Origin: Candidatus Cloacimonadota bacterium | Lineage (GTDB): Bacteria > Cloacimonadota > Cloacimonadia > Cloacimonadales > TCS61 | Direction: 5' to 3' | NCBI GenBank assembly: GCA_018400535.1 | Contig: JAGYMQ010000034.1 | Coordinates: 10,137-74,136 of the forward strand | DNA: 64,000 bases | Shown here: one piece after another, positions 39,776 through 48,079 of the stretch | Numbering within the stretch: position 1 is the first letter of the stretch | How the letters are laid out: the number at the start of each line of letters is the position of its first letter | The notes under the pieces: generated by a model | Seen by the model: only the letters and a program-made list of their open reading frames with translations | The model's database searches: none | Told to the model about the DNA's origin: nothing | Position numbers and translations under genes: made by a program

Positions 39776-41757
39776 ATCATATCCTCTTTTTCCAAACTAT
39801 TTTCCAAATTATCCTGAAGAATTATATCGATCATGTTGTTGATTTGATCATCGGTGAGATTTCGCTGTTGTGAAGCGCTGGATGGACAGGCTGAAATGCA
39901 AGCTCCACAACCTTCACACAAAACTTCATTTACTTCGGCAATTCCGTCAAAATTCAAAGCACGAGCTCCGTAGGGACAGGTAGAAATACATATTCCACAG
40001 CCAGAACATTTTTCTTCATCAACCCAGGCGATGATCGGCTCATGATAGATCTCTTGTTGTGACATCAAGGCCAGAACTTTTGCAGCTGCGCCAGATGCTT
40101 GCGCGACAGAATCTGGAATGTCTTTCGGCCCTTGCGCTGCACCAGTGAGGTAAAAACCTGATTGAATGCTTTCCAAAGGACGCAATTTCGGATGTGCTTC
40201 ATTCAAGAATCCATGTTCGTCTGTACTCAATTTGAGATTCTGGATCAATTTGTTCACGCCTTCGCTTGGAATCATCGATTGTGCGAGAACGACGAGATCG
40301 GCTTTGATCTCGATTTTTTTCCCAGTCAGCGTATCCATTCCGTGCACAATCATTTTATCGTCTTCTTTGTAAATCTTTGCTACTTTTCCTCTAATATAAA
40401 TGACGCCATCTTCGGACACAGCTTGTTGGATAAATTCTTCATAACGCTTTCCACCAGATCGGATATCAATGTAAAATATGTATGGTTGCCCATCATGAAC
40501 TTTGTGTTTATATAACTTTGCGTGTTTCAACGAATACATGCAGCATATTTTTGAGCAATAGGAATTGTGTCTTTCGGGATCACGTGAACCCGAGCACTGA
40601 ATAAAAACGATTTCTTTAGGAATTTTGCCGTCGGAAGGACGAAGCATTTTTCCACCGGTAGGTCCAGTGGCAGAAAGAATTCGTTCAAATTGTAATCCAT
40701 TGAGGACGTCAGGAAATTTTCCATAGCCATATTCAGCCATTTTTTCGACAGGATAAAGGTCATAGCCAGTTGCAAGAATGATCGCACCGATCTTTTCTTC
40801 AAAAGTTTCTGGTTTTTTATCATAATTAATTGCTTCTGGTTTGCAAGCTTTTCGACATTCACCGCAGGCGATAGGATCAAAACCGAGACAATTTTCTGTG
40901 TCGATGGTGAACGTAGCTGGAATTGCTTGTGGAAATGGAACATAGATCGCTTTGCGCCAGGAAAGACCTTCATCGTATTCGCTGGGAACGACGACAGGAC
41001 AATTGTCAATGCAATCTCCGCACATTGTGCAGATATCTGGATTCACATATTGCGGTTTACGATTGATCTTTGCCGTGAAGTTTCCTACAAAGCCTTCTAC
41101 TTTTTCCACTTCGCTATTCACGTATAATTTAATATTTTTATGTTTGGCAAGCTGCACCATTTTAGGCGTCAGAATGCATTGCGAACAATCGAGCGTGGGG
41201 AAGGTTTCCGAAAGCTGGATCATGTGTCCGCCAATAGATGGCTTTTTTTCAACCAGGAGCACTTCATAGCCTCCGTCTGCGATATCAAGTGCTGCTTGGA
41301 TGCCAGCGATGCCACCACCGATCACCATTACTCTTTTAGTCATCGGAGAAGAAACTGGCGATAGAGATTCATTCAGGCGCAGTTTTTCCAAAGCTGTCTT
41401 GATGATGAGATTTGCTTTACGAGTTGCTTCTTCTTTATCATTGTGTACCCAGCTGCATTGTTCGCGAATATTAGCGATCTCCAATTGATATTTATTGATG
41501 CCCATTTCTTCTATCACATTCTGAAAAGTTGATTCGTGTAAGGTGGGAGAACAAGCGGCGATGACTACACCATCCAGTTTATTTTCTTCGATAGCTGCTT
41601 TGATCTGGTTCTGTCCTGGATCGGAGCACATGAACATATAGTTCTCGATATGCACCACGCCTGGATAGTTTTCCAATTGTTCTGTCAACAATTCCACATC
41701 AACAGTATCTTTGATATTCACACCGCAATGACAAATAAAAACACCGATTCTTTTCAT
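39772..41757 (-). CDS. hdrA: Heterodisulfide reductase subunit A-like flavoprotein
   Basis: IGVFICHCGVNI N-terminal Cys motif, VIGGGIAGIQAALD FAD fold, an internal CTMCGDCIDNCP and a C-terminal CSGCGICISTCP...CEGCGACISACP ferredoxin domain. Confidence 0.85.
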   Translation of the reverse strand: MKRIGVFICHCGVNIKDTVDVELLTEQLENYPGVVHIENYMFMCSDPGQNQIKAAIEENKLDGVVIAACSPTLHESTFQNVIEEMGINKYQLEIANIREQCSWVHNDKEEATRKANLIIKTALEKLRLNESLSPVSSPMTKRVMVIGGGIAGIQAALDIADGGYEVLLVEKKPSIGGHMIQLSETFPTLDCSQCILTPKMVQLAKHKNIKLYVNSEVEKVEGFVGNFTAKINRKPQYVNPDICTMCGDCIDNCPVVVPSEYDEGLSWRKAIYVPFPQAIPATFTIDTENCLGFDPIACGECRKACKPEAINYDKKPETFEEKIGAIILATGYDLYPVEKMAEYGYGKFPDVLNGLQFERILSATGPTGGKMLRPSDGKIPKEIVFIQCSGSRDPERHNSYCSKICCMYSLKHAKLYKHKVHDGQPYIFYIDIRSGGKRYEEFIQQAVSEDGVIYIRGKVAKIYKEDDKMIVHGMDTLTGKKIEIKADLVVLAQSMIPSEGVNKLIQNLKLSTDEHGFLNEAHPKLRPLESIQSGFYLTGAAQGPKDIPDSVAQASGAAAKVLALMSQQEIYHEPIIAWVDEEKCSGCGICISTCPYGARALNFDGIAEVNEVLCEGCGACISACPSSASQQRNLTDDQINNMIDIILQDNLENSLEKEDMI

Positions 41758-41767
41758 TTTAGCCTCT

Positions 41768-42649
41768 TTAGATCAATTGCTTATCTTTTAACAAAGGCAA
41801 CGGGTCAACTGCATGCAATTCACTCCACGAAGCTTCCCACGTGTGTCCTAATGCTAAAGCCAATAATTCTGTAAAGTAGAAAACAGGAATATTTACAAAT
41901 CCGACATATTCTTTTTCGATCTCTTTTTGCAGGAAATCAAGATTATAAGCACAAAGTGGGCAACTCGTGACGATCGCATCGCAGTTTGCTTTTTTGGCTG
42001 AATTTAAAATTTCATAACATCGTTTGACGCTGACGTCCTTTTGAGTCAAAGTTTGATAAGCACCACAGCATTCTAACTTGTATGGATAATCGATCGCTTC
42101 AGCACCCAAAATTCTGAGGAAGTCTTCAATGATAGTTGGTTCTTCAAAATCATCGATAGCAAATTCTTTTGGACGTACCAGCAGACAACCATAATATGCG
42201 CCTAACCTTAAAGATTTTAAGGGATTGTGCACCAGCTTTTCTATCGTCTCATATTTGATCCTATCCTTAAGAATATTAAAAAGATGATAGACTTGGATAT
42301 CTTGATCATATTCAATATTTTCTCGATACATAAAATCGGTAACTTTTTTTAGATTATCGGGATCAGAATCGATGAAAGCTTTGGATCGGTTCAAAGTGTT
42401 ATAGCACATACTGCAGAGTGTAACCAATTCATCAAAACCTTGTTCTTTGGCACGTAATAGATTTCGAATGGAAGCAAGATGCAGCATCAGATCATCATCT
42501 GTTTGAGAAAAGACAGTGCCACAACAGACCCAATCCTTCATTTCAACCAGTTGATGTCCCAGAATTTCCATTGCTTTGATAGCAGAATCTTCAAAATGGC
42601 TGGCATTTGCTTTCAGAGTGCAACCTGGATAATAGGGTAAATTCATCAT
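41768..42649 (-). CDS. hdrB: Heterodisulfide reductase subunit B-like protein (two CCG domains)
   Basis: YYPGCTL at the N-terminus plus the motifs WVCCGT and LECCGA. Confidence 0.8.
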   Translation of the reverse strand: MMNLPYYPGCTLKANASHFEDSAIKAMEILGHQLVEMKDWVCCGTVFSQTDDDLMLHLASIRNLLRAKEQGFDELVTLCSMCYNTLNRSKAFIDSDPDNLKKVTDFMYRENIEYDQDIQVYHLFNILKDRIKYETIEKLVHNPLKSLRLGAYYGCLLVRPKEFAIDDFEEPTIIEDFLRILGAEAIDYPYKLECCGAYQTLTQKDVSVKRCYEILNSAKKANCDAIVTSCPLCAYNLDFLQKEIEKEYVGFVNIPVFYFTELLALALGHTWEASWSELHAVDPLPLLKDKQLI

Positions 42650-42688
42650 ATTCCTCTTTTTTGCTTTGATCTCATTATTCTCATTTTT

Positions 42689-43096
42689 TCAACCTGTCAT
42701 TTTACGCATCGCACTAACCAACAAGATAGGAGGTGTTTCTTTTATGTTCTGGATCTGTGTTTTATTTGGTTCAACTTTACTAAATCTTTTTCGCAAATTG
42801 ATCGCACGAAAAGCTTCCATAACCTTGGAGACATCAATTCCTTTTGGGCAACGCGAAGAGCATTGCAAACAAGTAGAACAGATCCAAATAGTTTCGCTAT
42901 CCAGAATTTCTTGAATCGCACCAAATTGTGCTAATCGCATAACCTGATTTGGAGAAATGTCCATATAGTCAACGACTGGGCAACCAGATGAGCAATTTCC
43001 GCATTGATAACAATCGAACACATTTTGAGCAGATATTTCTTGAACTTGTTCTGACAGAGAATTTTTGATCGCTTTATTGTTCAATTTGTAGAACAT
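42689..43096 (-). CDS. hdrC: Heterodisulfide reductase subunit C-like 2x[4Fe-4S] protein
   Basis: CYQCGNCSSGCP and CSTCLQCSSRCP with the HdrC-type spacing (...PNQVMRL...). Confidence 0.75.
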   Translation of the reverse strand: MFYKLNNKAIKNSLSEQVQEISAQNVFDCYQCGNCSSGCPVVDYMDISPNQVMRLAQFGAIQEILDSETIWICSTCLQCSSRCPKGIDVSKVMEAFRAINLRKRFSKVEPNKTQIQNIKETPPILLVSAMRKMTG

Positions 43097-43098
43097 AA

Positions 43099-43635
43099 CT
43101 ATTCTCCTTTGTAATTGTAACCATAATCAAAAGCTTTGATATTCAAATCTTTAAATTTTGCTGGAACTGAGCCGATGATCGCTTGTTTCATTGCTTCTGG
43201 TGATGCGATCTTTGCTTGTGCGGTAGCGAATCCCAACATCACAATGTTTGCCACGATCTTTTTTCCCAGTTCTTCTGCGATCCTGGTAGCAGGAATTTTT
43301 TTTGCTTTGAAATTTTTATGAGATTGTAGATTTGTCACAAGATCGCTATCGTAAAGCAAAATTCCATCTTCAAGCAAGATATGCAAAAATTTGTCATATC
43401 CTTCCTGGGACATTGCGATTAAAATCTCTGTTTCATCTACTAACGGATAATCTACTTCTTGTGGGGAAATAACTACTTGAGAACTGCAGGCACCACCGCG
43501 AGCTTCTGGCCCATAAGCTTGTGTCATCGAAGCATTTTTCCCATCGAAAATGGAAGCTGCTTTTCCTACAATGTATGAGGAAAGGATTATGCCCTGTCCG
43601 CCAAATCCAGATATTTTCACTCTCAATTCTTTCAT
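43099..43635 (-). CDS. 2-oxoacid:ferredoxin oxidoreductase gamma subunit (set 1, KorG/OorC-like)
   Basis: ISGFGGQGIILS motif. The ATG at 43635 is preceded by AAGGAGA. Confidence 0.85.
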   Translation of the reverse strand: MKELRVKISGFGGQGIILSSYIVGKAASIFDGKNASMTQAYGPEARGGACSSQVVISPQEVDYPLVDETEILIAMSQEGYDKFLHILLEDGILLYDSDLVTNLQSHKNFKAKKIPATRIAEELGKKIVANIVMLGFATAQAKIASPEAMKQAIIGSVPAKFKDLNIKAFDYGYNYKGE

Positions 43636-43648
43636 GCATTCTCCTTTT

Positions 43649-44524
43649 TCAAACAACGCTCTCACGATTTTTGATAACTTTATAATTTTTGGTTTTCACG
43701 ACTCTTTTTTCAATTCCCTTTTGCACATTTTCCCAAAAGGTCGGCCTGTCTTCATTAATGAAAACACCGCAAATGATCTCACCGTTCATTCCAAGAGGAA
43801 TTTTTTGTGGATCAGCTTCATGATCGATTATTGATCGATCTTTGTATTCTCGCAGAATATCGAGCCCGGTTCCACCTTTGTTTTTGCGTGCAAAAACTGT
43901 CGAGCAGGGAGAAACCACTTCTAAAAAGCAAAATCCCTTTTTCTTTGCCATTTCTTTGATCGTATCGGTCAAACGGTGAAAATGAAGCGCTGTCCATCTT
44001 GCCACATAAGATGCTCCAGCAGCAGCAGCAACGCCCACTAAATTGAAGGGTTGTTCATAATTTCCATAAGGTGCTGTGGAGCTGTATGCGCCTAAAGGTG
44101 TGGTGGGAGCATTTTGTCCGCCTGTCATTCCATAAATGAAATTATTTACGCAGATCACATTCATATCGACATTGCGACGAGCGGCATGAATGAGATGATT
44201 ACCACCGATTGCAAAAAGATCACCGTCACCGGAAATGACAGCGACCGTTAGATCACGATTTGCCAATTTCAAACCAGAAGCAAAAGGAATGGCTCTGCCG
44301 TGCGTTGTGTGATAGGAATCCAATTTAATGTAGCCTGCCACTCTGCCTGTGCAACCAATACCAGAGACGACAGCAACTTTGTTTGTGTCAATTCCAGCAT
44401 TTTTGATTCCTTTCATGAAAGAGTTCACAATCGTTCCCAGACCACAAGAAGAACACCAAATATGCGGCATTCTATCCATTCTCAGATATTTTTCCATCGG
44501 ATGATGAGCTGCGTTATTTTGCAT
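43649..44524 (-). CDS. 2-oxoacid:ferredoxin oxidoreductase beta subunit (set 1, TPP-binding)
   Basis: WCSSCG plus the TPP motif GDGD...NN (ISGDGDLFAIGGNH...CVNNFIYGMTGGQ). The ATG at 44524 is preceded by GAGGAGG. Confidence 0.88.
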   Translation of the reverse strand: MQNNAAHHPMEKYLRMDRMPHIWCSSCGLGTIVNSFMKGIKNAGIDTNKVAVVSGIGCTGRVAGYIKLDSYHTTHGRAIPFASGLKLANRDLTVAVISGDGDLFAIGGNHLIHAARRNVDMNVICVNNFIYGMTGGQNAPTTPLGAYSSTAPYGNYEQPFNLVGVAAAAGASYVARWTALHFHRLTDTIKEMAKKKGFCFLEVVSPCSTVFARKNKGGTGLDILREYKDRSIIDHEADPQKIPLGMNGEIICGVFINEDRPTFWENVQKGIEKRVVKTKNYKVIKNRESVV

Positions 44525-45668
44525 GTGCCACCTCCTCGATTGCTTTAATAATTTCACTTTGACTGTGCATACCGCCGCCAGGATGGGGAAGCCATTTTGT
44601 GGTGCAATATTTAGCGCAACGATCCACTTCCAGAGCGACCTGTCCCATATTTAATTCTGCCACTACAAAGCCTGCTACTTTTTTGGATAGTTCCAAGATC
44701 AATTTTTCTGGAAAGGGCCATACCGTTATCAAGCGTAGATATCCAATTTTTATGCCTTTTTTCTTTGCTTTTTCGATCGCCGGAATGACCGTTCTGGATG
44801 TGATGCCATAGGAAATCACGATTACATCTGCATCATCGATATCCCGTTTTTCCAATAGAATTATCTCTTCAGAATTATCGCGTATTTTATTGATCAATCG
44901 ATTCACCAGCTTGATATGAGTTTCCACAGACATATCCGGATAACCTTTTTCGTTGTGGGTGAGACCTGTAGAATGATAAAGATGACCATCGCCAGCTTTA
45001 GCAAAATCTGGAACAAATTCATCATCACAACATTCATAAGGCTTGTATTGATCACCTTTTTTATTAGTGTATTTCCTTTCGATCAATTCCAATTCTTCGG
45101 AAGGTGGGATCACGACTTTTTCTGTCATGTGTCCCACAACGGCATCTGCCATAATGAAAACTGGAAGTCGATATTTTTCTGAAAAATTAAATGCTTTGAT
45201 CGTTAGGTCAAAATATTCTTGCGGAGATTTTGGACAAAGTGCTATCGATCCATAATCTCCGTGTGAGCCCCATCTTGCTTGCATCATGTCGGATTGACCC
45301 CAGGAAGTGGGCAGTCCAGTCGAAGGAGATCCTCTTTGGACATTAACGACCACGCAGGGAGTTTCCATCATCATGCCCAATCCGATATTTTCCAGCATCA
45401 AGGAAATACCTGGTCCGGAAGTCGCTGTCATTGATTTCACGCCAGCCCAAGATGCACCCAATATTGAAGCCATCGAAGCGATCTCGTCTTCAAATTGCAC
45501 AAATACTCCGTCCAATTGTGGAAGTCGATAGGACATTCTTTCAGCTATTTCAGAAGCAGGCGTGATGGGATATGCGCCAAAAAACCTGCATCCAGCTGAG
45601 ATCGCTGCTTCAGCGCAAGCATAATTACCCTGTAAAAAAAATTCACCGTGCATATCACTGATTCTCAT
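44514..45668 (-). CDS. 2-oxoacid:ferredoxin oxidoreductase alpha subunit (set 1)
   Basis: GAYPITPASEIAE and ATSGPGISLM motifs. ATGA overlap with the delta gene. Confidence 0.88.
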   Translation of the reverse strand: MRISDMHGEFFLQGNYACAEAAISAGCRFFGAYPITPASEIAERMSYRLPQLDGVFVQFEDEIASMASILGASWAGVKSMTATSGPGISLMLENIGLGMMMETPCVVVNVQRGSPSTGLPTSWGQSDMMQARWGSHGDYGSIALCPKSPQEYFDLTIKAFNFSEKYRLPVFIMADAVVGHMTEKVVIPPSEELELIERKYTNKKGDQYKPYECCDDEFVPDFAKAGDGHLYHSTGLTHNEKGYPDMSVETHIKLVNRLINKIRDNSEEIILLEKRDIDDADVIVISYGITSRTVIPAIEKAKKKGIKIGYLRLITVWPFPEKLILELSKKVAGFVVAELNMGQVALEVDRCAKYCTTKWLPHPGGGMHSQSEIIKAIEEVAHAK

Positions 45669-45925
45669 TTCACCTCCTCACGAATAACAAAAATTGCCGA
45701 ATCGGGGCAAATGGATTCACACAGACCGCAGTAGGTACACTTTTTTGTAAAAATGATCTCGGGTGGATGATAGCCTTTTTTGTTAAATTCATTTGAAAAA
45801 TCTAAGACATTATTTGGACAGAATTCAATACAGAAACCACAGCCTTTGCAGCGATCTTTGAAGATATTAATCGAGCCTTGAAAGACTTGAGGCTTTTCTC
45901 TACCAAAGGGTTTTTCCCAATATTT
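45665..45925 (-). CDS. 2-oxoacid:ferredoxin oxidoreductase delta subunit (set 1, 2x[4Fe-4S] ferredoxin-like)
   Basis: CKGCGFCIEFCP and CTYCGLCESICP. I prefer the ATG at 45925 (GGGAG RBS). The track start at 45958 would place a terminator 6 nt upstream of the gene. Confidence 0.75.
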   Translation of the reverse strand, partial: KYWEKPFGREKPQVFQGSINIFKDRCKGCGFCIEFCPNNVLDFSNEFNKKGYHPPEIIFTKKCTYCGLCESICPDSAIFVIREEVK

Positions 45926-45963
45926 CATAGCAACTCCCGTCATCTCAAATTTTAACATTTACC

Positions 45964-45997
45964 AAATAAAAAAAGCAGTCCACTAAACAGACTGCTT
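45964..45997 (-). terminator. Intrinsic terminator at the 3' end of the 280-nt mce-to-OFOR spacer
   Basis: On the minus strand, aagcagtc-tgtttagtg-gactgctt is followed by tttttttattt. Confidence 0.7.
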
Positions 45998-46272
45998 CAC
46001 TGAAATTTTGCATTTTTCTATGCAAAAGAAAGGTTTGCTCCTGAAAGGAGAAAAACCTTAATCTTATATTTCTAATCAGCTTTATTGACTGATCTAATAT
46101 CAAAATAATCCCCTTTTGTGAGAACTAATATTTCTTGAAAACTCCTCACAATATGGCGGATTAAATTGTGAATTGAGAATTAATTGTCAATTAGAAAATC
46201 CAAAATTCAACATTTTTTTTTATATTGCATAACATTTATAGCTGACAACAAACTATAATATAACGAAATACA

Positions 46273-46677
46273 TTAATTATCATTTTCTTCGCACAATTCA
46301 ACTAAAACTCCATGCGTAAATTTTGGATGAAGAAATCCAATATTTGCACCGTGTGCTCCTAAACGTGGAAGTTTATCGATCAAGCGAATTCCCTTTTCTT
46401 CGATTTCTTTTAATCTATCACGGATATTATCTGTGCTGAACGCAATATGATGGATACCTTCGCCCTTTTTCGCGATGAACTTGGCGATCGTACTATGCTC
46501 TGAGGTAGCTTCCAGAAGCTCGATGCGAACTTCTCCGACAGGCAGAAAAGCAACTTTCACTTTTTGAGATTCAACGATTTCAGTTGCTTCCAATTCCAAT
46601 CCCAATTTCTGATAAAATTTCATAGCTTCATCGATGCTATGCACAGCTATTCCAATGTGACTGATCTTATTAACCAC
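46273..46677 (-). CDS. mce: Methylmalonyl-CoA epimerase (VOC family)
   Basis: ISHIGIAV...IELLE...GEGIHHIAF...PRLGAHGANIGFLHPK...GVLVELCE matches the MCE pattern. I prefer the GTG at 46677 (AGGAGA RBS, 8-nt overlap with the upstream stop). The alternative ATG is at 46713. Confidence 0.8.
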   Translation of the reverse strand: MVNKISHIGIAVHSIDEAMKFYQKLGLELEATEIVESQKVKVAFLPVGEVRIELLEATSEHSTIAKFIAKKGEGIHHIAFSTDNIRDRLKEIEEKGIRLIDKLPRLGAHGANIGFLHPKFTHGVLVELCEENDN

Positions 46678-47239
46678 TATTTTCTCCTGAATATTTGGCT
46701 GGATCATTAGCAAGCCGGAATCCGATCTTTAATGCTTTTGTATTCAGATCGACATACTGCTTTTTTACATAATCTTGGACAGCTTTTTTCAGGGAAACTT
46801 GGGTGACGACTTTGGTTAATTTGACCATAAATCCGAGAGACATAATATTTGTGGGAAGAGCAGTTCCCAGCTCTTTTTTGGCAATATTGGTAAAGGGGAT
46901 TTCATAGATATTTGCTTCTTGCACGATGATATCTTTGACAAAGGTCGTATCTGCTATGAGAATGCTATTTTCTTCCAGGTTGGGAGAATATTTATCACAG
47001 GCTTCTTGAGTGAGAGCTAAAAGCACATCAAATTTTGTGGCTTCTGGATAATAAAACTTTTCTTTGCTGATGATCACGTCTGCGCGCGATGCTCCACCTC
47101 TTGATTCAGGACCGTAGCTTTGTGATTGTGTGACGCGATAACCATCAATAACGGCGGCTTTTGCCAGAATAATTCCAGCAGTGATCAAACCTTGGCCACC
47201 GCTTCCACTTAAACGAATTTCCTTCATATTATTGTTCAT
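46670..47239 (-). CDS. 2-oxoacid:ferredoxin oxidoreductase gamma subunit (set 2)
   Basis: LSGSGGQGLITAG motif. It is a paralog of 43099-43635. Confidence 0.85.
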   Translation of the reverse strand: MNNNMKEIRLSGSGGQGLITAGIILAKAAVIDGYRVTQSQSYGPESRGGASRADVIISKEKFYYPEATKFDVLLALTQEACDKYSPNLEENSILIADTTFVKDIIVQEANIYEIPFTNIAKKELGTALPTNIMSLGFMVKLTKVVTQVSLKKAVQDYVKKQYVDLNTKALKIGFRLANDPAKYSGENSG

Positions 47240-48078
47240 TTTTTTTGTTCCTTTGCAATAGATTGGATCAATTTCTCGTATTCATCTGTATATTCAGGTT
47301 TTTCTATTTCACGGAAAATTCCTCTTTGGACCTTTCCTTTTTTCTGTTCTTCAGTCAATTTATCAAAAGCTTTGATCGGGATCACATTGTCTTTCATTTC
47401 TCTCATCATATCAGGAGCTGTGCCTTTCTTATTCAAGCGTCCATAGATAACTGGACAGGCGCTGATGATCTCAACGATAGAAAATCCTTTGTGAGATAGA
47501 GCTTTACGAATGAAATTCTGAGCTTCGACAGAATGAAAAGCTGTGGAGCGCGCCACAAAAGTAGCTCCTGCGCCCAAAGCCAGTTCGCAAATGTCAAAAA
47601 CAGGATCAATATTCCCATAGGGCGTTGTAGTCGCTTTGTCGCCAGTTGGAGTGGTCGGTGAATATTGTCCACCTGTCATTCCATAAATATGATTATTGAT
47701 AAGAATTACGGAGAGATTAATATTTCTGCGTGCTGCATGAATAAAATGATTTCCGCCGATCGCTGTAGCATCTCCATCGCCGGTGACGACCATCACATCC
47801 ATTTTCGGATTCTGCATTTTGATACCGGTGGCAAAGGCGATCGCTCTTCCGTGAAGCGTGTGCAAGGTGTTAAAATCAACATAAACGGGCATTCTGCTGG
47901 AGCATCCGATTCCAGAAACCATTGCTGTGTTACTACGTTTCCAGCCTAATTGATTTACCGCACGAATGATATTTCCCAGCACAATTCCATTGCTACAACC
48001 AGGACACCAAACGTGTGGAAATTTTTTCCGATGTCTGAGATAATGGTTATGAACGATTTTTTGTGGAACTTTTTGCAT
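47236..48078 (-). CDS. 2-oxoacid:ferredoxin oxidoreductase beta subunit (set 2, TPP-binding)
   Basis: WCPGCS and VTGDGDATAIGGNH...LINNHIYGMTGGQ. Confidence 0.88.
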   Translation of the reverse strand: MQKVPQKIVHNHYLRHRKKFPHVWCPGCSNGIVLGNIIRAVNQLGWKRSNTAMVSGIGCSSRMPVYVDFNTLHTLHGRAIAFATGIKMQNPKMDVMVVTGDGDATAIGGNHFIHAARRNINLSVILINNHIYGMTGGQYSPTTPTGDKATTTPYGNIDPVFDICELALGAGATFVARSTAFHSVEAQNFIRKALSHKGFSIVEIISACPVIYGRLNKKGTAPDMMREMKDNVIPIKAFDKLTEEQKKGKVQRGIFREIEKPEYTDEYEKLIQSIAKEQKK

Positions 48079-48079
48079 C

